A stretch of DNA of 51,688 nt, taken from the NCBI RefSeq assembly GCF_000181795.1, contig NW_003526948.1:356530-408217 (forward strand). The letters are read 5' to 3'. The DNA comes from Trichinella spiralis. Lineage: Eukaryota. The notes beneath the pieces were generated by a model. The model saw only the letters and a program-made list of their open reading frames with translations, ran no database searches and had not been told where the DNA came from. Shown here piece after piece: positions 14,440 through 28,696 of the stretch (positions are counted from its first letter, which is position 1; every line of letters starts with the position of its first letter). Both the position numbers and the translations under genes were made by a program.

Positions 14440-17284
14440 GGTGCGAAGATAAGCGGCTAACAGTGTGAGCATTTCGATTTTATAGGCAATGCAGAGTAAA
14501 CAAACGCACAATTCGACCAATCAGATTCACCGCTGAGTCACATGTTTGAGCAATGGAAATTTCTAGAAAAAATTTTCCAATCCCGCCCCCTACAATTCGC
14601 CTACTTCCGTTCAACAAATGAGTCATGTGATATTGTGTTTCAATGTCGTCAGTTGATTTTTGTGCATTTTTGTTGTTGTGCACTTTTGCAGCGGTAACAG
14701 TTGGAAAACGAATTCCGCTTGCGATGCGATGCAAAATCACCAAATCCATTTGTTGAATCAAAAAGCCGGCTAATGTGGTTTTTGTTGACGATCGATTCGG
14801 TGGACCTTTGCAGCACTTTGGCAGTAAATTGGAAGCAGCTTTGGCGAAATTGCGTGCAACCAAACGTTGACGCTTGTCGCTATATGCCGTCGGGTGAAAT
14901 TCTGCTTTACACTACTAGAACAGTTTTTCCGTTTCAATTCAGCCACACCCAAAATGCTGTCAACGGGCAAATTTATGCTCAACAACCGTCTCAACTTTGC
15001 CAAATTATTCTGAAATTGTTGCTTTAGATTCGTGTTCAGTGGTCAGTGCTCGATGTCGATGTCCTCAACATAATACAATGCATTTCATTTCAACTTTCCA
15101 TCATTCCACTTCAAACCGATTCTTTCTTTTCTTATCAAATTGAACAATAATTTTATTGAATTTTACAATTGTAAAACTTGTTAAAAGAAAAAAGAACATT
15201 CACAAATTTTACAACAATTTCAAAAGTAGACAAGTCATATTTGTTTGAATTAATAAAAAGCAAAATAATCGTTTTCAATTTAAGATCATTTCAAGTAAAA
15301 AAGTAAAAACAGTTCCAAGAAGCGTCTGTTGTTGTTCATCTGCACCGAAGTTCATAATTTTACTTATTATTATTACAATAAAAACTGGCTTTCATTTGGC
15401 TTCTATTACATAAAGCGTGCTGTTATGAAAACCAGTGTTTTGAGAAGATCGTCGCAAAATTGGCAATCCGTTTCAACGCTACTTTTCTTAATACACAGAA
15501 TATTACAGTTTTACACACCCAACAATGCAAAAGGGAAATCTATTTTTTATTCCCTTTTTAATAAATAGTCATTTGACAAAATTTACCATTGTTCCATTAT
15601 ACAATTGAAATCCGTTGTTTAAGTAATAATATGTACTTTTAATGAATTTGTTTTGCACAACTGTCTGCAAACGTTACTATTACTTGTTGCAGTTGTTGCA
15701 TGACCATGATTCACGAAAACAAGCTTCTGTCGTATGGCAGTTTTACAATTTTGCACTCACTGTTCAATGAAAATTGAAAAACACGCTTCTCTGAAAATGC
15801 TTCTTCAGCAAAATGTACGCAATGTTTGCTTTTTGCATTGTTAAACATGAAAAATATTCTCATCTTTTCCATTTAATAATTTCTGTATATTAAGAAAAAG
15901 CTATTTTTGTCTTTTTATTTCTGCCATCGTCGATCATACAATTATATATGCTCATTTTCTGAAGTAATTATTTATAACGAACGTCTAGATGTTCAACTGC
16001 CAGTTTAAAGAACTAAATATAGACAACTTATTTTTGAAGTGAACAAATTTCCAAATTACGTAACAATGAATCAACAAGTTGAATTCTTTTTTTTTGCAAA
16101 TGTCAATGAAATCACTTTTTTGAACTTTTTTCGTCACTTCATACGTGTACAAGCTGAATCAGCGGCTGATCCATTGTATTGCATTTCATTTTATAGCTGC
16201 TTGTTGTTTAAAATCATGTTCAACAAATCAACCAGGCATTCTTCAGAACAACAATCGACCCCAATAATAATCACTTCTGTGAAAATTATTTGCAAAATTT
16301 TGCATAAACTAATGTTTGCAATGCAAATTGAAAGTTGAGAAAAAAATATATACACGCATAATATAATATAATATAATATAATATACCAATGACTACTGTT
16401 GAATACTTTCTGAATAGATCGTGTTGTTCGTATATTGTTAATATTATCAATGCAAGAAACAGTTCATATGATTAAAATGTACATTATAAATAAATGATAA
16501 TAATAAAATATTTCCAATTTATAACATATGCTTGCTATAAATAGAGTTGAAAATATTTTTCAACAACTGCGTAAAAATAGAGACAGTTTAGTCATAAAGA
16601 CGAAATTGATATTCCGGTGTCGTCAAAAGAAGCAAGTTGTTATTCAGAAAAATGCAAGCTGTTCAAAAGCAGTTCACCAAATGACCACAATTATATTTTC
16701 CACAAGGCACAAATCTGTCAAATCTGATGGAACTTCAAAACAAAAAAATAAATTATCATTATCATCTTGTCATGAATATTATCTCCAAAGAATTTTCTAA
16801 TCGATCAACCAATGAATTGCAATTCATCAATGAACTTTGAGAGTTGCCGTTATTTTATTTCGCTTCGCATTTGTGACTTTAAAAACAAAACATCCTGAAC
16901 CTTTTTCAAATTCATCAAATGCTATCTATAAATCTCAGCAGACGTAAACGACAATTTCATTTCTGCTATTTAAAAATCTGACAAAAAATTAAAAATAACC
17001 CACACCCATAACAAAATATGCAACTTTTTTCAGCACAAATGCTCGATTAAAATAGCTAAAACATGGACAAACAGGATGTGCTTAAAAAGCCAACAGAAAC
17101 ATCAACAGAATATAAAAACGTTCCAAAATACCATGCTTATAAAACGAGAGTGTAATTTTGCAATTAAAATTAATGCATTTTTCTGAATTCACAGAAAAAT
17201 TTAAGTAAATGCAAATGCATGGCATATGCGATGCAATGAAAAACAGAACGGCTCAATTTCTGAATAAAACATCTCTTTTGAATC

Positions 17285-19850
17285 TTATTCTACATTCGCG
17301 GCAGCATTGTTCATTATAATAAATGCATCCCAAGAAATCTGTTGATACGTGTACGCCCAAACTCTGCTGTATTTCTCTTTCGTTATTCCTCGACCAACAA
17401 CAACTATGTCGTCCCGATTGAAACGCACTGCCTTATCCGGGGTACGCCAATTTTGATCATCCAAGCGGCGCTTGTAATGTACACCTGAAAACAGAAATTG
17501 GCAATGTAGAAAAAAATTTGCATTTTCACCAGATACAGAAAAATTCTAATCGACAAACCTGGTGATATGTACAAAAACGACGGATCATTTATAGGCCGCT
17601 TCTGACAAATGAATCCGGCAACAATTTGCCGATACTGTTGCGCCAAGCTCAGTGCTCCTTAAAGCAGAACAAAAATTGCATTTCTTTTTGTCAAAAAACT
17701 AAACTTTTTATTAAATACTTTTCTTGTATTCCTCAGTAAAAAAATTTCCCGAAGTCGACATTTCAACCACTGGAAGACAAGCGACACTGTAATCCGAGTT
17801 GACCTGAAATCAAAAAATTTTATAAAAAATCTATGAAAACCAAATATTATGCTATTAAATCAACAGCTACTCTTTTTATAGCTTCAAATACACTCGAGCC
17901 ATTCAGACATTGTACAGTAACAAAATCCGCCCATGAGGCAGGTTTAGTTGCACTATTCAACATCAACTCCACTACAACGTCAGAATCATCGCAATAATTT
18001 CTAATTGAAAGAGGCAAAATAAGTATAAATTAAACGAAAGTAATTATAACAAAAAGATAAAAAATTACCCATCATTGATTAGCATAAATTTCTTTGATTG
18101 TGCTAATCGTTTCAATCTGGAAAAAAAGTCAGGCATTTCTTTGATGGCAATCAGATCCGCATGCAGTTTCAATGAACATATGTTCACAGCAACAGCTTCC
18201 ACAAGCTGAAAATAAAAAGCAAAAAAAAGATCAAACAAGTTACAAAAAACCAACTCTATCATAAGAACCAAAAATATAGCAAAATTACATTCCACATCCA
18301 ATTATTTAAAAATACTATTTTTCACTTAGTTATTATGCATTTTCACAGACTGGAAAAATAATCAACAAAACCAAACAACTGTGTTAATTTTATGAATTTG
18401 GAATGCACGAAAGTACACATCTTATTTAATGAGATCCTTTAACTGAATGTAACATTCACAATATCACATTTGTACCTGCATTTCAAAAAGAATAAACGTA
18501 TTAAGAAAGTAATATTGCCACCATCTAATATTTCAATTAACCTGATGTCAAATTACCAGCAGCTATAATTTAAAAAAATTTCCAGCATAAAAATAAAAGT
18601 AATCATCGTCTAAGTTTCCTGAATTATTAATTTGGGATGCTGGTCTGTACTAAAAATAAAATAATCATATAATATACCTAACTGTTCAAAAATTTCAGGA
18701 TCACAAAGAAATTTTTTAAAAATTAATGTAATATTCTATGAATTATTAGTGTCGTTATTAATCCAGCTATTAAGCGGAATAACTTAAAAATATACTCTAA
18801 GTATTTCACGTGGACTACACAAATCACACGCAAAACATAAGTTTGAGTGTTTCGAAAGAGCAATTTCCCACAGTTTTCTTGCTTTCGGATGAAGAATCAT
18901 TGAAAGACGATCTGGACTGAAAAACAACGGCTCCATCCGCTAAAATTAATCATCTTAAAAATTAAAACAAAGCCAGATAAAACAGTACTTCTTCAATGGT
19001 GCACTGATCGACAAATTTTCCGGCCAAATCACTGAATGCAAGCAAATGATTCGAAATTTTTAAACATTCGAAGTCTGTCAAAAGGGCTTGTTCATTCAAA
19101 TATGACAGAACATCTGTTAAATTAAAAAGACTGAAACAAAACATTTTTGAAATAAATAACAATTCCATCACGCATCGATGCTTATCTATTTTACTAATGT
19201 CGTCGGATATCATTGCTTTTTAAAAAATTTTCAGGTCCCTGGCATCTATCCAAAAGCACGATGGCATCGGTAACTTCTAATTCATGCTGACGAAGGACCT
19301 GTTAAAAAACAACTGTAAACCATTAAACATTAAAATCAAAATTATACATCAGCCGCATCAGCAAGCGAGTGACCAAACATCAAAACGTCGTCCACAATCA
19401 AACAGTTATCGTACTTCTTCCAGACCCCATCAATAACTTTTCCAGTAACGGTAGTTTCTTTTGTTTTGTGATACAACAGAAGTGGAATATTGCGCTTGAC
19501 AGAGATTATCTAAATATACAAGTTAAACTTTGAAAAATGAAAAGCACAAAATGCATACTGATGCGAGTGGTAAACCGCCTTCTGGAACACCACAAATGCT
19601 GTGAAACTTCAAATTCGAAAGCAGACAAGAATGTACAAGTTCTTCGATTTCATTCTAAATAACTATTTGCTATACATTTTCATACACGTTCATTCAGAAA
19701 AATACAAACCATTATTTCCGGATAGCTGATCGCCAGTTGAAAATCCACAAAGATCGGTGTTTCGTACAAAGATCTCATGACAACTGTTTCAAATTTGAAA
19801 ATTCCAATGTTAAATAATTTATTTAAAAGCGCTTTACATTTATCAATCAT
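17285..19850 (-). CDS. UMP synthase paralogue A (OPRT + OMP decarboxylase fold) with degenerate catalytic motifs
   Basis: Spliced translation: MIDK...IFKFETVVMRSLYETPIFVDF, ICGVPEGGLP, LIVDDVLMFGHS, LDRCQG, NLCFACD, SLKLHAD, NDGNYCDD, VEMSTSG, GFICQ, YISPGV, DIVVVGRGI...SWDAF. The frame is open across about 11 exons; TAA at 17285-17287. Confidence 0.88.
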
Positions 19851-20907
19851 TTTCACAACAACTTGCGGTGATGTTTATACTGCCCAACAAAACAATAAAT
19901 ACTGCAACAGCATTAGTATACTGTATCTTGTGTTAATGACAAATTATTACTTTATTATTATTATTATTATTACTATTGGAAACTTTTCGAATATATTTGT
20001 TATTTTATATATTAATTTAAATTTATAATTTAAAAGTATACGTATTGAATATTTCAACTTCAAATTTATAAAATTAAAATTTATTCTTAACTTTGTAATG
20101 TAATCGAACTGTTTTGTTTACTTATTCATTTTAACAATAAAAAGTCATATTTTTATAAGCAGCTAGTTATCATCTGTAGAATTTAAACTATATTAAAATA
20201 TTATTAAATGCCGGATATCAACATGTTAGTTTTTTGAGATAGTAATGCAATGTACGCATCGAATTTGAAGTACAGTATAAGAAAATGTAGGCACTAAATG
20301 ATTACCCAAATATTATTTACATTCAATATTTTTTTCTCAACTAACGCAGATTTTAATTTCAACTGTCGTAACTTAAAAATATCCGTTTTGTGTTGAACGC
20401 AATAGCTTTTACCATTTTATAATATTAAGCAATGCAAAAATTACTGTTAGGTGTTTAAAGATACAAACTGTGCGTTTTTCAGACTTTTAATTGTAAATGA
20501 AATGAATTTCACCATTTAGTCTCAAAAAGCATTTTCTTGTTAAAGATGTCATACATATTCATAAAATAAATAACCAACTCTTTTGACTTGTTTTCGCTAT
20601 GCCATTCGATCGTTTTAATAAACTTTTTTTAATTTCATTATTCTCGTTGATGATCTCTTTTGCCAACTGAAAGAACTGACGAAAGCACAAAGGTTACGCT
20701 GATTCGTGACAAACAATTTTTCATTATGATTTCAATAAGCCATTATTTTTACAAAATTTTAATAAGTTCAACTTTGTAACCCTGAAATCAAAATAAGCAT
20801 ATTTTCCCTTCACCACAAATAATAAGGTGTATATTAAATCACTTTTTAGGGAAAAAATATTGACTGATATAGTGAATAAATCATATTGCTAACCATGATC
20901 CAAATAT

Positions 20908-23052
20908 TCATTCACTGCAAGCCCACACTTTGTAAATATCGGCATACTGAATTCCATGGTTCATTTCCAAATATTCGACATCCAGAAACTGCATCTCATC
21001 AAAATCTTCAAAGTGCAGCAGTGCTTGATCGGATTCATCTTCAATAAACAGTCATATTGAAACGTTCTACATATGCATAATAAAATTCAAAATTGGCACC
21101 TGCGGAAGTCATGTACAGGAAACGCGAATCAAGAACAGGTGGCTTCGAACAAACTACTCCAGCAATAACGTCGATGTCCTTTTCAGCAGTTTTCATCGAC
21201 TCTGTAAACAGAAATGTCATCATTTGGAATATATCATACTGTAAAAAAGCAATACAGAAAACAAAAAGAATAACGCATCACTCACGTTCCGAAAATTCTT
21301 TTGGGATCAAACTGTCTTTCGCATGCAATGACAAAATAGAGAAACAAGCAACTTTGTTTTCTGCGCTTACCTAAACATAGTATTTAATTACAATTACAAT
21401 ATTTAAAAAATAAATTATACCTTTCTTATAGCGGAAAACACGCCCCGACCAGAAAACGGCAAAACAGTGACAAAATCTACCCATTTCGCTATTGACCATT
21501 CACCTCCGGTCAGCTGCATCTCAACAATCGATGATACATCACAAAATTTACTAAAAGCAGAAATATTCAAATGCGTTTGCATTAAAAAAGTATGGTTAAA
21601 AGATAATTCACCGATCGTCCATTATCATGAAATTCTTCGACTTTGCACACGCCTTCAATTCAGAAATAAAGTCGACCAACGGAACTTTGCAAATCAAGTC
21701 ACTGCGAATTATCAACATGCAAATGAACTTCCCAACTTTCTGCGCAAGCTGAAATTAATGCATCAATATGAAATCAAATTACAATAATAATAAAATTATA
21801 CGTTAAAATGAATAACTTTCGCCATATTATTATTATTATTATTATCAAATTTAACAAAATATATAACTTCAGCTACCGCTATTATCTCCTTCGGGTCAGA
21901 CGATTTGCAGGCAACACATAAATTCGACTTTTTATCAAGCGCTATTTGCCACAAGTGCTTTGCCAAATTATGGCTCAAAGATGCAGTATTGGTCGCCGCT
22001 TTGACCGACAAAACGCCCGTCTAAAAATCACTATCGTCAATAAAATTTCAGCTAAGTTTGAAAAATTTACCTTGTCAACTTTAGCACCTTCTTGAAAACC
22101 ATTTCCCAATGCTGACGGTGCTATTTTGTCAGTAACATTGAACAAATAACTTGAAATTCGTTGACAATCCGCATTCGATATAAGACCTCTACCTTCGTAC
22201 AACAGCAAAACTTCAGGCAAACAGAACAGACTGGAATGAAAATCGTCGTTTATTAATTTGACCTCCAATCACTTTATAAGAATCATTCATTTCTAACCTC
22301 CGTTTCGTAATACCAAGATTTTCCAAATTACGTGAAGCTCCCTGACAACGGTCAAGAATGACAAGTGCATCTGTGACAATGAGACCTTGCGCTCGAAGAA
22401 CCTATTTATAATTATAAAACATTATTAATAAGAAACTGATTAAAAAATCATGCGTCTTACTCGAGCTGTTTCTGCAATGCTTGAACCAAATGTAATTACG
22501 TCTTCAATAATCAAGCATTTGTCACCAGGTTTATACAATCCTTCTACTATCTTTTTCGTACCGTACGCTTTCGCATCCTTACGCTGCATTATCATGGGAA
22601 TGGATCGTTTCACGCTCAGAGCCTACAAATGTAAATTTTGCATTAACGAGTTCGTTTTATCAAAAAAAATATATAAATACGTTTTATAAATTAATGGCAG
22701 AATTTTACAGAAAAAATCGGTAAAGTGTAAAAAAAGTTCAGCATCGAGAACATTACACTTACAGATGTTAATGGGATGGCTCCATACGGAACGCCACATA
22801 TTACATCATATTCCAACTCTTTTGCATAATCATACATCAAATCCTCAACTGTGTTCTAAATCAAAGAAAAAAACAGTTGAAATAAATTTATTCAATCAAC
22901 TGGCTTCAAACCAAAAGAGTCGGATGGCTCAGCAGGCGGCGCATATCCACGTAAATCGGAGATGTATGTTTTGACTTCAGCATAAATTCCCCAAACTGAA
23001 TAGCACCAAGGTGGAATAAGTCAGTCAAAAATGTTTCATATCTGGCATCCAT
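20908..23052 (-). CDS. UMP synthase paralogue B (apparently intact OPRT, degenerate OMP decarboxylase domain); 3' end uncertain
   Basis: Spliced translation: MDAR...[88 protein letters not shown]. Intron positions match paralogue A. First in-frame stop is 20908-20910; further 3' exons to about 20509 are possible. Confidence 0.88.
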
Positions 23053-24540
23053 CTTCAGCAACGCGGTTGTAAATAATAAGTGACAACTTGACAGATGTAC
23101 AGTAATCTAAAAAAATAAAGTGCAACATGAGTATTTCCATTACAGTACATGTAAATAAAAATTATTCTAAATTCAATTAATAATATATATTTCAAATGTG
23201 AAATTAAATTAATTAATTAATTAATTGTTTAAATTAATTTTTATGTTATTTATACTTACATATTTGAAAAGAATTTTTAATACTCGATGTTCGCCCTATC
23301 CTGTGGCGCCCATTATTCTACCTCCATCGTTCTGCTAAACAAAGCAAATTGTACAAAGAAATGTAAAACGATGAATTAAATTGCAATAAGAAAAGACAAA
23401 AAATTATAGTTTCAAAAATAACAATGCTAGTTACAGTAGAAATAGAATAAGTAAAATAAATTGCAATTCACAATATTTAAAAGCAACAAAACTGAATTGT
23501 ACGTTGTTTACAAATTGACAAAAGGAACAAATAAGTTTTTTGTGTGCGTTTATTAAAGTTGGAAAATGTAAGCAGATTAAAAATAATCATGTACTCTATT
23601 GTCTGCTGTTTTGCAATGACCTAATTTCATGCGCAGATAGCTAATAACAAGTTTTACAAATCAAATTCTAATTTGTTAAGCATTTCATTGAACAACTGTC
23701 TACGGCAATATTTTATTAATGGCTGTCAATCATTTAGCATGCCTTAGCTGTACAGATATCATTTATTCTACTATCATTCTTATTTACAAAGCGGTGCATT
23801 TGTTCAGTCTTCTTTTGAACTTCCTCCAGTTATGCAAATTACAGATGCTTTATCAATTAATTTATCACTTACAGCGTTGAAACTATTTATTTGATAATTG
23901 TTCGATCTGCATTTGAGATTTTCACCGGGGGTTGAGGAGATTGTAATCGGCACCTAACGTTTCGCTAAAATGATACAATTTTTTAAATCTGTTTTTCGAT
24001 TATATGTTCAATTTTAATTGATTGATCGATCGATTTTAATACGATTATTTGTTCAGAAAAGCAGAATACATTTACAGTATTAATATATATGAACTAAGTC
24101 ATGCGAAGTCTGTTTTATGTAATAAACACTAATGATGAATGCTTGGCGACGAAGTTTGCGGATTGGTAGCTTGAAAAGTTGTGTTGATTTCATCATTTTC
24201 AAAAGTTGCAAGAAAAATATGCCAGAATTTGTAATTTTGATTGACAACAATAAGGAATGAAAATCTTTTAACGGTATTTTAGGGAAAACAGCAATTTATT
24301 ATAAATTCAAGGAAAATTTAAGAGATGATAAAGGTAAATAAAGAAAGGGAACTTTTACAACAAAGACCTGCAATAACAATCCATTATTTAAAGCAACTGC
24401 TTTAACTAATCAAATTCAAAGTAGCTCATGAGTGATGATTTCTAAAAAATCAACAGCTGATACTTTTGGTTGAATGTTGTTTGTTAGATAAACTTGCTGC
24501 TCTGCTTAAATATTGCATTTATGCTATTCAACAACATCAT

Positions 24541-26474
24541 ATGGCTTTACTCTGGTACATTTTTATCTTTTTGCACCTTTTTATTCTTGCAAAGTCACTA
24601 CCACCACCTTATACTGCAGAATGTCTTGTTGGCAATGGTCAGCCTTTGTATAGAAATGCAAGCGCTCCTTCATTTGCTGTTGATTTAAATGCTCCTGCTG
24701 AAAAAAGGTGGTCACAGATAGCTCACAATTATAGATTTGAAATTGCAGAACTTACAGAAGTAAGTGTAAGGTATTTTGAAATAATAGAAAATTAGCTTTA
24801 ACATCTCATTTCAGGCTGTTCGTAATTTAACCAGACCTGTGTTGAATGGAAGATTTACAATTTTTATTCAAAAGTTTTTTGGCAAATGGATTGAAAAACT
24901 GCCTCATCCATATAGGGAAGAAATCATAGGCATTGCGCAAATTGTAAACGTCCCAGTTGGTGAAATAGTTCTTTATAATGTTTTTTATGAAGTTTTTACA
25001 CTTTGCACTTCAATTGTGGCAGAGGACGCAAATGGAAATATGTATGCAGCTCGAAATCTTGACTTCGGCATGCTGCTTGGTATGTTGCTAAAAGATGCAA
25101 ACGTAGAATTATATATTGCTAATGAAAACTAGAACTTTTCCCACATATGTGTAAAATGCTAAAAAGATTAAAAAGTAGTTATTCTTATTTTACTTTAATT
25201 AACTCGGGATCAAGCAATGTTGTATTTCTATGTTTTCCTTAATTTTATTGATTGATATATGTAATGTTCGTTGTATTTAATTTGAAACCTAATTAACAAC
25301 TACCTATTATTTTCAACTTATGCTAAATAAACATGATGTACAAAGGCAGTGTTAAAAATTAAAGTTTGATTCATTTCCCAGAATGTTAACATTGCAAATG
25401 ATTATAAGTTGATGATGTAATTGTTCAATACAATAAATGTATGGAAAATGAATCATTTTGACGTGCTAAATATGAATTACATCTGTTGTTTAAAGTATGC
25501 CTTTTCAGGTTGGGACTCAATACATCATGATTGGACAATGACAGAAATTTTGAGAAAATTAGTCATTAATATTGAATGGGAACGTGATGGAAAATTGTTG
25601 TACAAATCAGCAGGCTTTGCTGGTTTCATTGGAGTGTTGACTGCTGTGAAACCTGGAAAATTTACTGTTTCAATTAACGAACGATTTGCAAAAAATGGTG
25701 GTTTCATTGGATTACTAGAATGGATTTTGAAAATTGAACAAGCAAAATGGGTGACATGGCTAACAAGAGAAGTTATGGAAAACGCGGATCACTTCCAAGA
25801 AGCAGTCTTCAGTTTATCAGTTGTTCATCTAATGGCACCGGTCTATTTCATTGTTAGTGGAAATGAAACTGGTGAACAGTTTTTTAAATTATTTATTTTT
25901 TAAACGTCACTTTTTCATATTATTGACATTTATTGAGATTCATTTTCAAGAAGCATAATTTTGTGTCACCTGTATTTTGGAATGGAATTTATATCATAAA
26001 AACTTCATTTTAACAGTTATTTCCTTCATTTATCAAAGCAATAGTATTATTTTATTACTTTAAAATTTTATTCTGGCATCAGTTTAAGTGCAATTTTGCG
26101 TATGTTGCATTGTTTACTTTAAAATACTAATATCATTCTTATATACAGGTGAAGGAGCAGTAATTACCAGATCTAGGAAAGAGGCTTTGGATATTCGAAA
26201 TCTGGATAAAAATAGAGCAGATTCGTGGTATTTATTGCAAACAAATTATGACCCTTGGGAAACGCCTTCGCCATTGGATGATCGTCGAACTCCAGGCAAT
26301 CAGTGTATGAATAAATTAGGGAAAGAAAACGTCTCCTTTGATGGACTCTATGCTGTACTTTCATCAAAACCCGTTTTAAACAAAATGACAGTGTTTACAT
26401 CGTTAATGCATGCCACATCAGGAGCATTGGATACTCAAATACAAAAATGCAGTAACCCTTGTTGGCCAATATAA
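24541..26474 (+). CDS. ASAH1: Acid ceramidase (N-acylsphingosine amidohydrolase family), 4 exons
   Basis: Exons 24541-24759, 24815-25079, 25509-25871 and 26149-26474. Signal peptide, YEVFTL-CTSIVA autocleavage/nucleophile site, ARNLDFG, SINERF, LLQTNYDPW, DDRRTPG, KPVLNK and C-terminal CSNPCWPI. Confidence 0.95.
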
Positions 26475-28696
26475 CACTGCATAGCAATTAAACTCGGACA
26501 TCTACAATTATGATAATAAATTCAAAATTCATAATAATATTTTATGCAAATTGAATAATTATACTTATTATTTGAAGTTATAATTCTCTGAAATACAAAA
26601 ATAATCTGATTGCCAGAGATTAAAATAAAAAAAAGAATATGTGAATAATTTTCGTTCTTTTTTCTTGAAATCATTTCGTGCAAACCTTTGGTGCAGATTC
26701 GTTTCTGGAACACTTGCTCTTGTTAGCATCGGTTTTGCATTGCAAATGCACCACATTGTGATATTCTAAAGTGAACAGAAAATAGACAAATAAATAATAA
26801 TGATAATAAGCAATTGAATTGAAATTGCTAAATAAAAGTTGCATAGTTTTTCACTGATGCAACGAACAGTAGTAAAATTGCTTTCTGGTTTCGTGCAAAT
26901 GCTGAACGTGCAATGCATGCCCCACTGGCATTGATGCTAGACGTGCTGTTTTTTTCTTCTTAAATTATAAATTATGATATTTTATAAATATGAAATAATG
27001 GGAACATTAATTTTTACCATCACACGAGCTTGCTGATTTGAAGAGCCTAATTGCAGCACGTTTAAGATTGAACTGAACTGGTCTTCAACATTTTTCATAT
27101 CTTCTCCACCCCTATCACATATACTGTTACAGTTGAAATGACAAACTGCTCTCTGCAAGTAGATGACAAAGTGTTAATGCATTATAAACGTAACATTAAA
27201 CATTTTCTTAACAATGCAAATTCTATAAACATAAATTGTCTATTTTTGAAATCCTTTTTTTGTTTATGTACAGATGAATCAGAAAATACGGAATTTCATT
27301 ACTTTTCCCTTTTGATAATCTTAATAATTTCGAATGAAAATGAAATTATTATCCATAAAATGCGCAACATATTAAATTATTTAATGACAAAAGAATAATA
27401 TTTGTTGCAATGCATTTCAATCTCACAACATGACTACTATGCAACATTGCTCATTCTATTTATTTAAATCAATTCTAGTCATTTGTTCATTGTAATAAAA
27501 TTGTACCAGGAACGATGAAACTTTTTTGAATTAGAGAAACAGCACAGTAAAAAAGAGTACTTTTTTGACATTTAGTTGTCTTGTTAAATGATGCGTGATT
27601 CATTTAACTTTTTACTTCAGTAGTTCTACAAATTTATTTGCAAAAGCGAATTGTCAGCTTAAACAATGTTTAAAATGCGTCTGCCAGACAAACGGTCGTT
27701 TCAGAATTTTGATTTTATCCGTATTTTGTTTGATCAATGCAATCATTTTAACCGCTTTATATGTTCTTTTTGCTATTAGTCACCGGTACTGTCAGTTTTG
27801 AATCAGAAGTTCTATTACAAATATAAATAAAATGAATTGTACTCTGATGAAGTATACTTTAGATTCTACATTTTGCATTCATTAATAATTTTGTCTTATA
27901 CAACTAAAAGCGTTTATATTTTACTATGCAAGTTTCTGAGCTCATCAGAAGCCTACGAAAACTGACTTTCAAAATTTGGCAAACTGATTCACGTACTAAA
28001 AATTTGTTGAAAATGCAATGCAACCGACAAACGTTTAGGAATAGAATTTTAAATTTTTTTCATTGATTAAATTACAACTTAAATTGAATCATAAAATAAA
28101 CAACTCGATACTGAAAATTATTTAAAACTATTGATCTTCTCTTTCGCGCTGGAATAATTTTGTAAAACTTACATTCAATGACGCATCACTACGATAAACA
28201 GTCAGCATTAGTATCATCCCACTGAAACAACGGTGACCGATAAAAATACTTTTTTCAGATTCTGTTTATTCGAATACTTTTTTAAAATTTCGTTTAAAAA
28301 GATTTTAACAAAATTTTGTATTAGCTGACAGTCATTTTAGGGTCCCTTGTAAAGTTCAACAATAAAAATTATTTTATGATTATGCACCTTTTACATTATT
28401 TAATTTCTTCATCTTATTTCAATATTTAAAGTTATTTCTCATGAAGATGAGCAATTTGTAAAATTAATTTTTTTCAATCGTACAGTAAGTCTTGGCTTTA
28501 CTTAGTTATCCAATACAGTCCCATTAGTCATACTGTAAAGTGCGTACCGACAATTATTGGTTGTGCACGAATACATTGTGAAGAATAAGTAGGTTTTCTT
28601 TATGCTGTTCTTAGCTTTCCAACTTTATCCTTTATCGAAAGGTTGTTCAAGTTCATTTCGGCGGCACAACGGTATCATACGACTGTGCTGATAGGT

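Noticed and set aside
14480..17200. Several 70-127 aa ORFs upstream of the fasciclin gene
   Set aside because: No recognisable motifs or consistent splice structure; expected by chance, and many start at non-ATG codons.
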